From the NCBI GenBank assembly GCA_963664875.1, contig OY761611.1, forward strand, positions 3,552,001 through 3,616,000: a stretch of 64,000 nucleotides of DNA. Direction: 5' to 3'. A program made the position numbers and the translations under genes. Under the pieces are notes generated by a model. It was not told the origin of the DNA. It saw nothing but the letters and a program-made list of their open reading frames with translations, and ran no database searches. Positions 8,591 to 19,462 of this stretch are shown here, piece after piece (position 1 is the stretch's first letter; the number at the start of each line of letters is the position of its first letter). This stretch comes from Candidatus Kapaibacterium sp. Lineage in GTDB: Bacteria; Bacteroidota; Ignavibacteria; Kapaibacteriales; UBA2268.

Positions 8591-11500
8591 TTATATTGAT
8601 TTTATAAATAGTATTTTCTTATTATAACTTTGGTACTGAACATTTAACAAATAACTACCGGGAGTGAGGCTTTCTACATCTATTAGCACTTTGCTTGCAC
8701 CTTTGTGCAGGAATAGCTCTGAGTTTAGATTTATTTTCTCTCCGGTAACATCATATATATCCGAGATTAGAAAATCTGACTCGGGTATATATACTTCAAG
8801 CTCAAGCTCACTACTTACTATTCGTGAATTTATACTAACAGATGGTAATTTATCATTTATTTTAATAGGAAGCAAATCAAAAATGCAAATTGGAAGCACT
8901 TTTACTGCAATTTTTTCCACAATATCTAAATAGCAAGCGTCAAAAGTAGCCTCGAAGTGAATTTGGCTTGATGTTTCATTTTTATAAAGCACTTTAAATG
9001 GTAGAACAACTGTCCATATTCTTTCCTCATTTTGTGAAACAATTGAAATCGGGTTTTGAATAAATAATTTCCCCTGTAACATGGAAATTTTTGTTTTTAT
9101 ACTGTCTTGTCGCCCTCCGCCTGAAATAATGCATAATACTTCATCGCCCTGATAGCTTAATATTTCGTAGTCAAATTCGACATTCAGATTTAGATATATA
9201 TTATCAATTTCTGTTCCTGGTAAACTGCCGGAAACCAAGACTGTATCTATCTGACCTGCCTGAGCAAGTATTTCTGTAAATCCACTGACTTTATTATCGA
9301 GCTTGGTATAAGTCAAATCATATTCGTTTGCTATTGTAATAGTATCATTTACTGTTATTGAAACATCTAAGCTCGACTGTTCATGTTCTACAAATATATT
9401 TTCAATGGCTATGTCGTAAAAGCTGTCTTTACTTACTGATAGTGGTAATGCAAGCGAAGGTGGAGCCTCGTAGTAAGGGTTGTTTTCAAACTGATAAGAA
9501 AAATCAGTAATGAGAAAATCTATATTACCGCGATTGTGAACTCTTACTACAATAGAATCCATTCTGCATAGCTCGCCCGTGTCATCTATTATTTCCATTA
9601 CCGGCAAAACTGTATCTCTCGGTATTACATCTGCATAAATTTTAAGAGTATCTTTTTTGTAAGCATAATTTGGCATTGCGTCATGTTCGATAAGGTAATA
9701 CTGAGTTCTTCTGCCAAGCTCGAGTGCAGCGAATTGTACATTTGCCTCTACTGTCTGACCGACCGTATATGATTGCCCTGCAAACGTATTTACATCTGTT
9801 GAAAAATCGGTATTGACAGGCAATATCGGCGAAATAGATTTGATAGTTAAGTCCTCATTGCCACCTACTGAAAAAGCTGAATAGTTTCCGGTTACGGTAT
9901 CATCTATAAGGACTTTTCCCAAATAGATTTCATGAAGATTGATTTCGGGTATCGTAGGCTCACCGGTTAAACGGATAATGAAAGTCGAGTCGCTAAGTTC
10001 AGCTATCTGGTTGTTAGTTTCAAGTTTGTATATCTCATTTTTGACAGGGATATATTTTAGATTCAAAGCTATGCTGTCACTCTCAAAAATTGTATTATCC
10101 AAACTTTCCAGAGTGCTTTTGTTTGAGTCTTCATGTGTATTCGAAATTGTATTCAAATAATCAATCTTGGCTTTCCAATTGCCTCTATTGTGTAAATAAA
10201 CTGTTGTGTCGTTGTTTGTGCCCACTCGTTTTTGCCCCCAATCTACTATTAGATCAGGCACATCAGGTGCAGCACCAATACCGGTAATAGTACAGCTGTT
10301 GCTTATATTTTTGTTATTGACAAAATAAACTGATTCCATATATGATTTTGTTTCTTTTGGCGAGAAAGTAACTTCCAGCTTCAAAGTATCATCTATCAAT
10401 AATCTTCTTGGAAATAATCCAATAGTATCTATATAGAATTCATCGGCTTTGTCTATGTATTCCATTCTTTCAAGTACAATATCAGCGGTTCCGTTATTGA
10501 CTATTATCATTTCATTTTTCTTTTGGGTAAAGATAAGCACCTTCCCAAAATTCAAATCTTTTATCAAGAGCTTTGGTAAAAGGACATCTGCTCTGACTCG
10601 CGAACGGCTCATATAATTGCAGTCCACTCGGATATAAACTGAATCATCTAATGCAGCAGGATCATCTATAGGTGAAAAAATCAACTTAATCAGCAATTCC
10701 TCTCCGGGTTGCATTTTATAGGGCAACTTTCCACCATTTTCTAATTCATAAGATAAGCGAGTGTCCTTAAAAAACGTTACAGAATAAATAGTTCGTATCG
10801 TGTCAGAGTTGTTTTTGACTCTATAATAAGTAAATCCGCTTTTACCAAATTCAGTGTTTGGGATACCGATATCACCATGGAAATCAATATTCAAACCTTT
10901 GTAAAAATGTTTATAAACACCACCGTTCCCTGCCAAATCTCTATAGTCTATTGCAATAACAGCATCATCTTGCGGGTCTTCGGGTGAGGCTTCAAATTGA
11001 ATTTCAGTATCAGTTTGTTTGCTTATCTCAAAACTGTAATTGTCGGTCTCGTCGTCGATAGGAAATACAAACCCGAGCCCACCTTCTGCGATGCCGTAGA
11101 TTTCTTTTATCTTTCCTTCGATATACCCGCAATCCTCTGAGACTTCTATCACAGGAGGCAGCGTATCATTTGAAACAACACTCGTAAGCGAGCTTGCTAA
11201 AGTCATAGCATAAGAATCTGCCTCGCCATAGCCGTAAGTCCAGGCAGCAAAGTATCCGTTTGCTGTTTCAATTTTATTTCCGCCAATCAGAATTGGGACA
11301 TGAACATAAAACAGAGATGTCCCGGGAATGTTCTTGATAGTAACAGAGTCTATTTCGCTGATTTTAGTTCCGTTTAGGGTAATATCAGAAACGGCTGGCT
11401 GAGTCATCAGGATTGCTATTTTATGAGCAATAAACTGCTTTTCTGTCTCATATCTGTAAGCTTCAAAAATGTATTCGGGAAGTGAGTAAAACAGCTTTTT

Positions 11501-12607
11501 AACCATTTTATCCTGCGATGGAAGCATCAATAATGAAGGGTCAAAAGTTAATATGAAATCGTAGAAATCAACACCATGACTCATAAATTGTGCTATCTGC
11601 ACCGGTTTATTCGCAACCCATCTGACAGGTTCCTGCACTTTGTCAATTGCCTTGAAATCCCCAATACCGTCTAATCTAAATTGCTCAGTTCTATCTGCGT
11701 AGATCATATTTACGATAGTGGAATCATAAGCTGAAGTGATTTTGAACATATCGCCTGTGCCTGAAACTCCATATTCGAATGGCAATGAGATATATTTGTG
11801 AGACCATCTGTCGATGGAATAAATCATTTCTACAAGGTGATCCTTATTATCCTTGTCTCTCATCAGTATCTGAGGCACCGAAGCTCTAACGTGTCCTGTG
11901 AGAACCCCAACAGGCTTATCGCTTTTAATATAGCTGCCTGTCAAATCGTTATCTCCGTATGAAGACGGAAATGCTTTCACAAGATAAGCCTCGCCTTTGT
12001 ATAATAACACTTGCGACTCTCTGCCTGCCCAGTCTTTTTCTGTAGGCTCAGAGGGACGTATATATACATTGGTCGAATCTTCAGACGCAATTATCAGGAA
12101 CTCTCCCGGGCGTCTTGCTAATCTGAATTCCTGACTTTCAGGCGGTAATGTTTCGTCGGGATAGTAGTGGTCTATACCAAGAGAAGTTATTACATATTCA
12201 TTACCCCATGTATTGACAGGGTGTGCTATGTATGAATCTGTGGATTTTAGTTGTGAGGAGAAAACATAACATACTACCGGTTTTTCGGATATTATCTCGA
12301 ATAAATCAGTGCCAATTTCTTCTGATTTGTCAAACACAAAATCGTAATCTGCATAATATTCGTAGGCGGTGTCGGGCACAATATAGTTTGTAACTTCCCA
12401 GCCCGGTCTTTTAACTGTAACTTTGGTTGTTTCTTGTGCAGTTAGGATGATTTTATGAGTTCTGCCACCAGTCATTATATCCACTTCGTTTTGCATAAAG
12501 CCAATAATAAAATGAGTGCCTGCAAATGCTGACTCATCAGTGTTTTGGCTCTGCAGCTGAAGCAGACCGGATATGATAAATAATAATAAGAATGTAGCAA
12601 ACCGCAT
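8591..12607 (-). CDS. Large surface protein: IgGFc-binding N-terminal domain, choice-of-anchor/Ig-like repeats, T9SS C-terminal domain
   Basis: GTHFIIGFMQN, TWGNEY, DLTGSYIKSDKPVGV, YGYGEADSY; repeated LNFGKV/VDWGQK Ig units; C-terminal IYDVTGE..LTPGSYLL. Confidence 0.8.
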   Translation of the reverse strand: MRFATFLLLFIISGLLQLQSQNTDESAFAGTHFIIGFMQNEVDIMTGGRTHKIILTAQETTKVTVKRPGWEVTNYIVPDTAYEYYADYDFVFDKSEEIGTDLFEIISEKPVVCYVFSSQLKSTDSYIAHPVNTWGNEYVITSLGIDHYYPDETLPPESQEFRLARRPGEFLIIASEDSTNVYIRPSEPTEKDWAGRESQVLLYKGEAYLVKAFPSSYGDNDLTGSYIKSDKPVGVLTGHVRASVPQILMRDKDNKDHLVEMIYSIDRWSHKYISLPFEYGVSGTGDMFKITSAYDSTIVNMIYADRTEQFRLDGIGDFKAIDKVQEPVRWVANKPVQIAQFMSHGVDFYDFILTFDPSLLMLPSQDKMVKKLFYSLPEYIFEAYRYETEKQFIAHKIAILMTQPAVSDITLNGTKISEIDSVTIKNIPGTSLFYVHVPILIGGNKIETANGYFAAWTYGYGEADSYAMTLASSLTSVVSNDTLPPVIEVSEDCGYIEGKIKEIYGIAEGGLGFVFPIDDETDNYSFEISKQTDTEIQFEASPEDPQDDAVIAIDYRDLAGNGGVYKHFYKGLNIDFHGDIGIPNTEFGKSGFTYYRVKNNSDTIRTIYSVTFFKDTRLSYELENGGKLPYKMQPGEELLIKLIFSPIDDPAALDDSVYIRVDCNYMSRSRVRADVLLPKLLIKDLNFGKVLIFTQKKNEMIIVNNGTADIVLERMEYIDKADEFYIDTIGLFPRRLLIDDTLKLEVTFSPKETKSYMESVYFVNNKNISNSCTITGIGAAPDVPDLIVDWGQKRVGTNNDTTVYLHNRGNWKAKIDYLNTISNTHEDSNKSTLESLDNTIFESDSIALNLKYIPVKNEIYKLETNNQIAELSDSTFIIRLTGEPTIPEINLHEIYLGKVLIDDTVTGNYSAFSVGGNEDLTIKSISPILPVNTDFSTDVNTFAGQSYTVGQTVEANVQFAALELGRRTQYYLIEHDAMPNYAYKKDTLKIYADVIPRDTVLPVMEIIDDTGELCRMDSIVVRVHNRGNIDFLITDFSYQFENNPYYEAPPSLALPLSVSKDSFYDIAIENIFVEHEQSSLDVSITVNDTITIANEYDLTYTKLDNKVSGFTEILAQAGQIDTVLVSGSLPGTEIDNIYLNLNVEFDYEILSYQGDEVLCIISGGGRQDSIKTKISMLQGKLFIQNPISIVSQNEERIWTVVLPFKVLYKNETSSQIHFEATFDACYLDIVEKIAVKVLPICIFDLLPIKINDKLPSVSINSRIVSSELELEVYIPESDFLISDIYDVTGEKINLNSELFLHKGASKVLIDVESLTPGSYLLNVQYQSYNKKILFIKSI

Positions 12608-12615
12608 AGGCTTTC

Positions 12616-13923
12616 CTATTCTTTTTTGAATACTACCGGCAACTCTAATTCCCGCTTTTTAGGCAATAATTCATCCCATTTGAAATCAGGCAGATAGTAA
12701 TTTGTCGGGTTGTAAAACACAATCGGGTCGGGAACAACATCGCCGTTGACTTCGCCAAGCCAAATCATATTTTCCGGATTACTATCTCTGAATGTAACAT
12801 TTATGGTATCGGCTGTGGAGACATTTGCACCTTCGCCACCGTTTTCAGATACTATAAAATATAAACTTTTAGCATTATCAAAGCTGTTTATTTCAGATAT
12901 TTCTTCATTTTCTACTACTATATCTATCCTGTTACCGGATATTTGATTGATATAGGCAGGATTGTAATCAGGATTATCTTTCATGCAAGCTATAGATTTA
13001 TTTTTAGCTATCAGCTTTTTCAATTTATTATTTTGCATCACTATTGTTATCGAATCTGCATGCAACTGAGTAGAATCGTGCCATACCACAGGGCTTTCGA
13101 ATAATTCGATAACTTCTATATCTTTCCAAAATATTGAGGAGCCGGCTCTTGCTTTGACGTTAGACCTTACTATAGAGACACTGTCTTTAAAATTATACCT
13201 TTCATTTCCTTTATTTCGGAATGCTTCCATTACTTTTGACTCTATAGTCAATGTGTCAAATTTTATTATGCCTGCATTTTCTGTAGAGTCTATCTGCACT
13301 AAAATCGGATTACCCTTTGCACTCGAATAATTTTTCTTTTTGTCATTTGAAAGGCTGTCTCCTGCGAGCAACACGTTGCTATATCTTCCTTTTACAAATG
13401 CATTGCCTATAGCCTGGCTATAACCTTCTCTTCTCTGATGAATAATCCTGTCGCAAACGATAGTCGCAGAATCATCAACTACAAGCACCTCTCCGGAAAA
13501 GTAAGCAGTATGAGTATTCATATTATAAGTGCCTCGCTTGGCAGTTAGTATCGTTGAATTGTCACTAACTTTTACACCGCCGTAAGCATTAGATATTCTT
13601 GTGTTGCCGTCATAGCTCATATTTGGAGCTTCGAGTGACATATCATCTTCGAGCACTCTTACATTGCCTGACAAATCTGCTTTATTGAGATTTATATAAA
13701 AAATGCCTTTATTGCAATATACATTTGTGGCACCCTGGCGGAGATGAACATTTCCAAATAACGTCCTCTGCGGTTCTCCATTCAGATTAGTATTCATACT
13801 GTCAGCCCCGATTACCTCAATAGGCTGATTACCCTGTGCCTTCCCATTACTATAAAGACAAATAAATAATGTAAAAAGCACAAGAAATAAGTAAGTTTTT
13901 TTATTTTTTTGATGTAAGCTCAT
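12616..13923 (-). CDS. OstA-like (LptA/LptD N-terminal beta-jellyroll) protein
   Basis: Repeated GNV/GGV/GEV beta-taco units; C-terminal YLPDFKW..PK typical of FCB OstA-like proteins. Confidence 0.8.
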   Translation of the reverse strand: MSLHQKNKKTYLFLVLFTLFICLYSNGKAQGNQPIEVIGADSMNTNLNGEPQRTLFGNVHLRQGATNVYCNKGIFYINLNKADLSGNVRVLEDDMSLEAPNMSYDGNTRISNAYGGVKVSDNSTILTAKRGTYNMNTHTAYFSGEVLVVDDSATIVCDRIIHQRREGYSQAIGNAFVKGRYSNVLLAGDSLSNDKKKNYSSAKGNPILVQIDSTENAGIIKFDTLTIESKVMEAFRNKGNERYNFKDSVSIVRSNVKARAGSSIFWKDIEVIELFESPVVWHDSTQLHADSITIVMQNNKLKKLIAKNKSIACMKDNPDYNPAYINQISGNRIDIVVENEEISEINSFDNAKSLYFIVSENGGEGANVSTADTINVTFRDSNPENMIWLGEVNGDVVPDPIVFYNPTNYYLPDFKWDELLPKKRELELPVVFKKE

Positions 13924-14011
13924 ATTTATCAATATAAGAATTATATAGCAGTTAGAAAAATTGCAATCGAAAGGAAATGCCATCACAAGTAAAGCTAAGA
14001 AAATAATGCAA

Positions 14012-14956
14012 TTAGCTTGTTTGCTCGCGAACTAATCCAAAGTCGCGGATAACCCTTTGGCTCAAATAATTGTCTTCATTTTGGCAGACATCTACAGCAA
14101 ACTTTATTCCTGTGTCTATTATGTCGTCCCAGTCGCATTTGGCTATGTTATCAATGTCTGCATTAGTAATTGTGGATTTATTGAATAGACTGTAAATAAC
14201 TCCGACATTGAAGTTATCGCCGGCACCAATAGTACTGACAGGTTCTATCTGGGGCACAGCATAGGCAGCATTCAGCGTGGTTGTATGCAAATCCACTTCA
14301 TCTTTGCCTTTGGTATATATAAAATTGTTGCAATAGTTGCGAATAATGTTATAAGTATCCTGCGAATTTTCAGTACCGAAAATGATTTTAAAGTCCTCGT
14401 CCGAGCCTTTGACAATGTCAGCAAGCTCCATATTTTCAGTAATATAGTGCTTGATAACGTCCATATCTTTCAAATATGCTTTCCTGAAATTTGGATCGTA
14501 AATCACAAATGCACCGGCTTCTTTTGCTCTTTTAATCAGAGAAGTTAATTGAAGACGTAGGATGTGCGACACGGAATAAGATGAGCCGAATAGAAGGATA
14601 TCATCTTTGTTAAATGGTATATCCTGAGTTAAGTGGCGTTCTTTGGGGAATATTTTATAAAAATCATATCTTGCATTATTATTTTCATCTAAAAAGGCAA
14701 TAGCCAAGGCAGTTTTTCCATCTGAATATTTACGCACATACTGAGTATCCACATTATTTTCAGTAAGAAATGCATCTACCGCTCTGCCGATTTTGTCTGT
14801 GCCGTATTCGCTTATGAAATGTACGGGCAGACCCAATCTGCCCATAGATACAGAGGCATTGAGCATCGAACCTCCCGGCACAGAGTTAAAAGCGGTATTG
14901 TCTTTGAACATAATATCGTAAACAGTTTCTCCCGGACAAAATATTCTGCGAGCCAT
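14012..14956 (-). CDS. PfkB family carbohydrate kinase (fructokinase-like)
   Basis: PGGSMLN, YDPNFR, VSTIGAGDNF. Confidence 0.92.
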   Translation of the reverse strand: MARRIFCPGETVYDIMFKDNTAFNSVPGGSMLNASVSMGRLGLPVHFISEYGTDKIGRAVDAFLTENNVDTQYVRKYSDGKTALAIAFLDENNNARYDFYKIFPKERHLTQDIPFNKDDILLFGSSYSVSHILRLQLTSLIKRAKEAGAFVIYDPNFRKAYLKDMDVIKHYITENMELADIVKGSDEDFKIIFGTENSQDTYNIIRNYCNNFIYTKGKDEVDLHTTTLNAAYAVPQIEPVSTIGAGDNFNVGVIYSLFNKSTITNADIDNIAKCDWDDIIDTGIKFAVDVCQNEDNYLSQRVIRDFGLVREQTS

Positions 14957-15020
14957 ATTAACACCTATAATATATCAACACCACTTTCTCGGCAAAATAA
15001 ATATACAAAACTAAAAGAAC

Positions 15021-15059
15021 AAAAAAAAGGCGAAGTAAATAAATACTCCGCCTTTTTTT
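15021..15059 (-). terminator. Intrinsic terminator (bidirectional form)
   Basis: A-run, GGCG.AGTA/TACT.CGCC stem, T-run. Confidence 0.75.
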
Positions 15060-15081
15060 ATAGAAAAGAAATACTATAAGA

Positions 15082-17181
15082 TTAACGAACTACGTTAAGT
15101 GCTTTAGTAAATGTTTCGTTACCTACTGTCAAAGTAACATAGTAAGTACCTACAGGAAGCTCGCTTACATTAACAGGAGCAACTTTAGTACCTGGTTCTT
15201 TGATTTGTTCAGGTAATACAGTCATTACTTTGCTACCCAAAGCATTGAAGATTTCCATGCGAACATTTTCAGTACCTGTTGTAAATGAAATATTTACTTC
15301 ATTATTAGCAGGGTTAGGGAAGATATCCATTTCAACTGCAGCTTTTACTGCGTCAGAGTTATCTTCAACACCATCTGGAGGTAGGAAGCTATATGTACCA
15401 TAAATAGCAGATTTATACCAGCTCCATACCAAATCTCTCAAAGCAGGAGGGTAGTTATATCTGATATTTTCTTCGCTTGATGGAGTTGGAGTCAATGCGT
15501 AAAGCATAGGAACTCTGTACACAGAAGGAACTCTTGTCGGTAAATGAGAGTTGTTTTCGCATCTCAACGTGTCATCAGCGATTGCGGTAATTGCTTGCCA
15601 TTTACCATTTACTTTAGCTGAACCATAAACACCACGGTTTAAGATAGTATCAATTGGTTCGTTTGCAGGGTTTACTAATACTGGAGTTTCGAAGCCGATA
15701 AGGTGATTAGTGTATTGAACAAATTTTACAACAAGGTCTTTAGTACCAACAACTCTTGCTGCTTCGATTTCCATACCTTCAGATCTGAAAGAATTGTAAG
15801 TTAGTGTATCTCTTGGATCAGCTCTTGTACCTGCATTTTCTACAGCCCATTGGCTGTAAGAAGAGCGAACAGGAAGTTCTTTGTCAATGATTACAGGGTC
15901 GTTCCAAGTACCGTTTTCGTAACGCAATTCAGTTAGATACAATGAAAATTCTTCAGTTGTAGAACCGTCAGGATTAGTTACGCTTTCTTCAAGAGTAAGA
16001 AGAGGGAAGATAAAGGATACTTCATCGTTACCTGTAGAAACGAAACCAAATTTGTGGAACCAAGTAGTACCAATGATAGGAACATATTCTAATTCTTTGT
16101 TTTGACCATGTTCTTCAACGAATTTTTTGATTTTGTCTTTAGGATAAGCAATCCAATCAGACCAAGTATTACCATTGTCAGAAGATTTCATGAAAGCGAT
16201 AGATCTCCAAGTGCCTTCGTCTTGTCCTTCTTCCGGATGGTCAGGTCTTAGATAGTTGATAGTACCAACATAAACATTACCTTCACCGTCAACATCCATC
16301 ATGTTTTTACTAACACCAACAGATGCATTGTCACCCCAGAAAGTTAGAGGAGGATCGAAAGTATTTGTAAGCATTAAGTTTGCATCAAAATCTTCATCTT
16401 CAAAATTGATAGAAGCAAAGAATGCAGGTCCATATCTGTAGTCGTTTGTGTTTACAGGTTCAGCTCTACCTACCATGTAAGCATAAGCACCGTCTTCTCT
16501 TGTTTCACCAACCATTCTTGGGTGGCTAAACATATAACCTTTAGTATTGTTATTTTTTGAAGGATAAACAGTAGTAAAGTATTCAGAAGCTCTTCCTGTA
16601 CTCATTGGGAATGTAAAGTTAACCATCAAACCATTTTGATAGTAGTAAGTGTTGTCTGTTTCATTAAGAACGAAACCGCCAAATCCTGTTACGTATTCCA
16701 ATTCAGAAGGATCAGTAGAGCCTGTAGTATTCAATACTGTGAAAGAAGCTCTCAAAGGAAGCATAGTTGGATTTTTTGGAGAAAGTTCTCTCAAGTTCCA
16801 ATTGTCGCCCAAGTCTTGAGTAACATAAGCCAACAACTGACCTTCAAGTCCGCCTGCTTCTGCATTTTGGAAATAAGATTCCAAAACACTTACTGTTTGA
16901 GATACGGGTTCGTAAACAATAGGAGAGATAAAAAAGCCGTAAGTGTAGTCAGGCTCGTAGAAGAAAAGACGAGTTGTGTCTTTACCGTCAGAATGATTCA
17001 AATGCATAGCCTGCATTTCATTCTTTTCAGCAACTACGGATTTCATTTCTTCCATAGTAATGGAACTGTGAGCTTTCAAAGCATTAGTTGCCTGCAACTC
17101 TAATGTTTGCAATACTTCAGACTGAAGTACAAACGGAGAGATTGCTAAGAGAACAAGAAGTGATAGTAATTTTTTCATCAC
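15082..17181 (-). CDS. T9SS type A sorting-domain protein with Asp-box (BNR) motifs
   Basis: Signal peptide; TQDLGDNW and SSDNGNTW Asp-boxes; C-terminal IFPNPA..IFNALG..LPVGTYYV. Confidence 0.85.
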   Translation of the reverse strand: MMKKLLSLLVLLAISPFVLQSEVLQTLELQATNALKAHSSITMEEMKSVVAEKNEMQAMHLNHSDGKDTTRLFFYEPDYTYGFFISPIVYEPVSQTVSVLESYFQNAEAGGLEGQLLAYVTQDLGDNWNLRELSPKNPTMLPLRASFTVLNTTGSTDPSELEYVTGFGGFVLNETDNTYYYQNGLMVNFTFPMSTGRASEYFTTVYPSKNNNTKGYMFSHPRMVGETREDGAYAYMVGRAEPVNTNDYRYGPAFFASINFEDEDFDANLMLTNTFDPPLTFWGDNASVGVSKNMMDVDGEGNVYVGTINYLRPDHPEEGQDEGTWRSIAFMKSSDNGNTWSDWIAYPKDKIKKFVEEHGQNKELEYVPIIGTTWFHKFGFVSTGNDEVSFIFPLLTLEESVTNPDGSTTEEFSLYLTELRYENGTWNDPVIIDKELPVRSSYSQWAVENAGTRADPRDTLTYNSFRSEGMEIEAARVVGTKDLVVKFVQYTNHLIGFETPVLVNPANEPIDTILNRGVYGSAKVNGKWQAITAIADDTLRCENNSHLPTRVPSVYRVPMLYALTPTPSSEENIRYNYPPALRDLVWSWYKSAIYGTYSFLPPDGVEDNSDAVKAAVEMDIFPNPANNEVNISFTTGTENVRMEIFNALGSKVMTVLPEQIKEPGTKVAPVNVSELPVGTYYVTLTVGNETFTKALNVVR

Positions 17182-17250
17182 TGTGCTCCACGAATAGTAT
17201 TTAACATAATATTAACAGTTATCTATTATCTTGCATTATAGTCTATTTGG

Positions 17251-17258
17251 CAAAGTTA
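17251..17258 (-). promoter_or_regulatory. TAnnTTTG promoter element (TAACTTTG)
   Basis: About 70 bp upstream of the T9SS gene. Confidence 0.5.
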
Positions 17259-17518
17259 CAAGCTATTGGTAGTTATTACAAACTTTTTTTTTCCAAAAGC
17301 AATATTTTTTTGAACTTTTGCTTAACTCAAACGTTTTATAATGCTATACTCTTAAAACACTTCAGCGTAGTAATTGGTTACAACTTTTTTTTAGTTGACC
17401 AAAATATTTTTAGCTGTAAATATATTAGCAAATATTCAAATATCCAAATCTTATTATTACATTTCTGATATAGTTGCTCCTTGCTCGAAATATATTTGAT
17501 AATAGAATCAAAATCGAA

Positions 17519-17526
17519 TATCTTTG
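17519..17526 (+). promoter_or_regulatory. TAnnTTTG promoter element (TATCTTTG)
   Basis: Upstream of mrp. Confidence 0.5.
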
Positions 17527-17594
17527 CATAACAATTTTAAAATAGGTTCGTTTTTATCCTATTATTGTTTACTCAATTATACTAAGGATATGTC

Positions 17595-18683
17595 ATGAGT
17601 CTTAATCAAGCTCAAATAAAAGAAGTAATTGGTCAAATAAAAGATCCTGATTTGGGAATTTCGTTTGCCGAGCTTAATGCTATCAATAATATTGTTATCG
17701 AAGCTAATACTGTCAAATTGTATTTAGAGCTAATCCAGCCTGTACATTTTGTTGCCGCCGATATAAATAAATTGTGTTTGGATGCTCTCAGCAGCGTCGC
17801 TCCGGACGCTACATTAGAAGTATATGTAGGCGAAAAAGGTATCGATACTGACAGAAAAATACTCCCGGGAGTCAAAAACATCATAGCTGTTGCTTCCGGC
17901 AAAGGCGGAGTTGGCAAATCTTCCGTTTCATCAAATCTTGCAGCAGCGCTTTCGCTTTCAGGTGCAAAAGTTGGTATATTAGATGGCGACGTTTACGGAC
18001 CAAGCCAACCAACTATGTATGGCTTGAACGGCAGACAGCTCGAAGCTGTGCAGCTGCCAGACGGAACTACAAAAGCTTACCCGTCTGAACAGTTTGGAGT
18101 GAAGGTAGCTTCTATGGGGTTTGTGATGAATCGAAATGAAGCTGCAATAGTTAGAGGTCCTCTTTTGGCAGGATATTTTTCTATGTTGTTCGAGCAGGTA
18201 GAGTGGGGCGAATTAGACTATCTTATCTTCGACTTGCCTCCGGGAACAGGCGATATTCAGCTCACACTTACACAAAAAATCCCTCTTACAGGTGCAGTAA
18301 TAGTAACAACACCACAGGAAATTGCTTTGGCTGACGTAAGAAGAAGCATTACCATGTTCCGCAAAGTAGATGTGGATATTCTTGGTATTGTCGAAAATAT
18401 GAGTTATTTTATTCCTCCTGATATGCCAGACAAAAAGTACTATATTTTTGGCGAAGGTGGTGGCAAATCTGTTGCAGAAGAAACAAACAGCGAGCTACTC
18501 GGTCAGATACCATTAAATATCGGTATGCGCGAAGGAAACGACGGCGGTATGCCTTATGTACTTTCCGAAGATGCAGGTAAGCAGGGAGAAATAATCAAAG
18601 ACATTACTCGTAATCTTATAAGCAAAGTAAGGATACGTAATAATGCTAAATTGAAAAATCCGGGATTAAAAATCAGCATATAA
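17595..18683 (+). CDS. mrp: Mrp/NBP35 (ApbC) Fe-S cluster carrier ATPase
   Basis: SGKGGVGKS, DGDVYGPS, DLPPGTGD, GIVENMS. Confidence 0.93.
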   Translation: MSLNQAQIKEVIGQIKDPDLGISFAELNAINNIVIEANTVKLYLELIQPVHFVAADINKLCLDALSSVAPDATLEVYVGEKGIDTDRKILPGVKNIIAVASGKGGVGKSSVSSNLAAALSLSGAKVGILDGDVYGPSQPTMYGLNGRQLEAVQLPDGTTKAYPSEQFGVKVASMGFVMNRNEAAIVRGPLLAGYFSMLFEQVEWGELDYLIFDLPPGTGDIQLTLTQKIPLTGAVIVTTPQEIALADVRRSITMFRKVDVDILGIVENMSYFIPPDMPDKKYYIFGEGGGKSVAEETNSELLGQIPLNIGMREGNDGGMPYVLSEDAGKQGEIIKDITRNLISKVRIRNNAKLKNPGLKISI

Positions 18684-18687
18684 TTCT

Positions 18688-18921
18688 ATGGAATCTATCA
18701 GAGAAAAAGTAGAAAGAATTCTTATCGACATTCGCCCTTATCTGCAGGAAGATGGGGGCGATGTCGAATTTGTAAATTTTGAAGAAGATAACGGCACTCT
18801 TGTACTCAGACTTTTAGGTTCGTGTGCTAAATGCCCCTTGCACATGATGACACTGAGAGCAGGCATCGAACGTTTGATACTTCATGCAATACCTGAAGTC
18901 AGAAGAGTAGAAAAATGTTGA
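18688..18921 (+). CDS. NifU C-terminal (Nfu) Fe-S scaffold
   Basis: IRPYLQEDGGDVE and GSCAKCP motifs. Confidence 0.93.
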   Translation: MESIREKVERILIDIRPYLQEDGGDVEFVNFEEDNGTLVLRLLGSCAKCPLHMMTLRAGIERLILHAIPEVRRVEKC

Positions 18922-19026
18922 TAATAATTAATTTGGCAAGCTAATTCTTTTGCTTTATATTGCATTCCTCTTTTGAGAGAAGAAAGAAACATCTAATGTT
19001 CTTTAAATAAAAAAAGAAAAAAAGTA

Positions 19027-19058
19027 CTTGACTTAAATTCAAAATTTTATTAAGTTTG
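19027..19058 (+). promoter_or_regulatory. tRNA operon promoter (TTG -33 box, TAAGTTTG -7 box)
   Basis: CTTG, 20-nt spacer, TAAGTTTG, 20 nt before tRNA-Val. Confidence 0.65.
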
Positions 19059-19078
19059 TGTACGATTAAAATATGCAA

Positions 19079-19153
19079 GGGCGAGTAGCTCAGTTGGTCT
19101 AGAGCACCTGCCTTACAAGCAGGGGGTCGGGAGTTCGACTCTCTCCTCGCCCA
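19079..19153 (+). tRNA. tRNA-Val(TAC)
   Basis: GGGCGAG/CTCGCCC acceptor stem, CCTGC-CTTACAA-GCAGG anticodon arm, GTTCGA T-loop; CCA not encoded. Confidence 0.97.
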
Positions 19154-19160
19154 CAGCCTT

Positions 19161-19245
19161 GCAGAAGTGGCGGAACTGGTAGACGCGCTGGACTCAAAAT
19201 CCAGTGGCCTTTAAAGCCGTGAGGGTTCGAGTCCCTCCTTCTGTA
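19161..19245 (+). tRNA. tRNA-Leu(CAA)
   Basis: GCAGAAG/CTTCTGT acceptor stem (G1-U72), CTGGA-CTCAAAA-TCCAG arm, long variable arm, GGTTCGAG; CCA not encoded. Confidence 0.97.
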
Positions 19246-19249
19246 CTCG

Positions 19250-19294
19250 AAAAAAGCCTTAATGCTTGATAAATAATAGCGTTAAGGCTTTTTT
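19250..19294 (+). terminator. tRNA operon terminator
   Basis: AAGCCTTAATGC/GCGTTAAGGCTT stem followed by a T-run. Confidence 0.8.
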
Positions 19295-19462
19295 GCGTTT
19301 GTATCAAATATTGTCTTACATCCTTGTCTCTTTCTATCAAATTGCCATCATCTATTTTTAGATTGACACAAAAAAAAACTACTCTGATCTAAATCATTGT
19401 AGTTTTTTTGAGTCAACTAATATAGGAGAGAATTAGTTTTGATTTTGGTAAATTTTGTTTGA

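Noticed and set aside
17199-17209. Perfect XerD half-site (ATTTAACATAA)
   Set aside because: No XerC-like arm at the right distance; it lies in an AT-rich leader.
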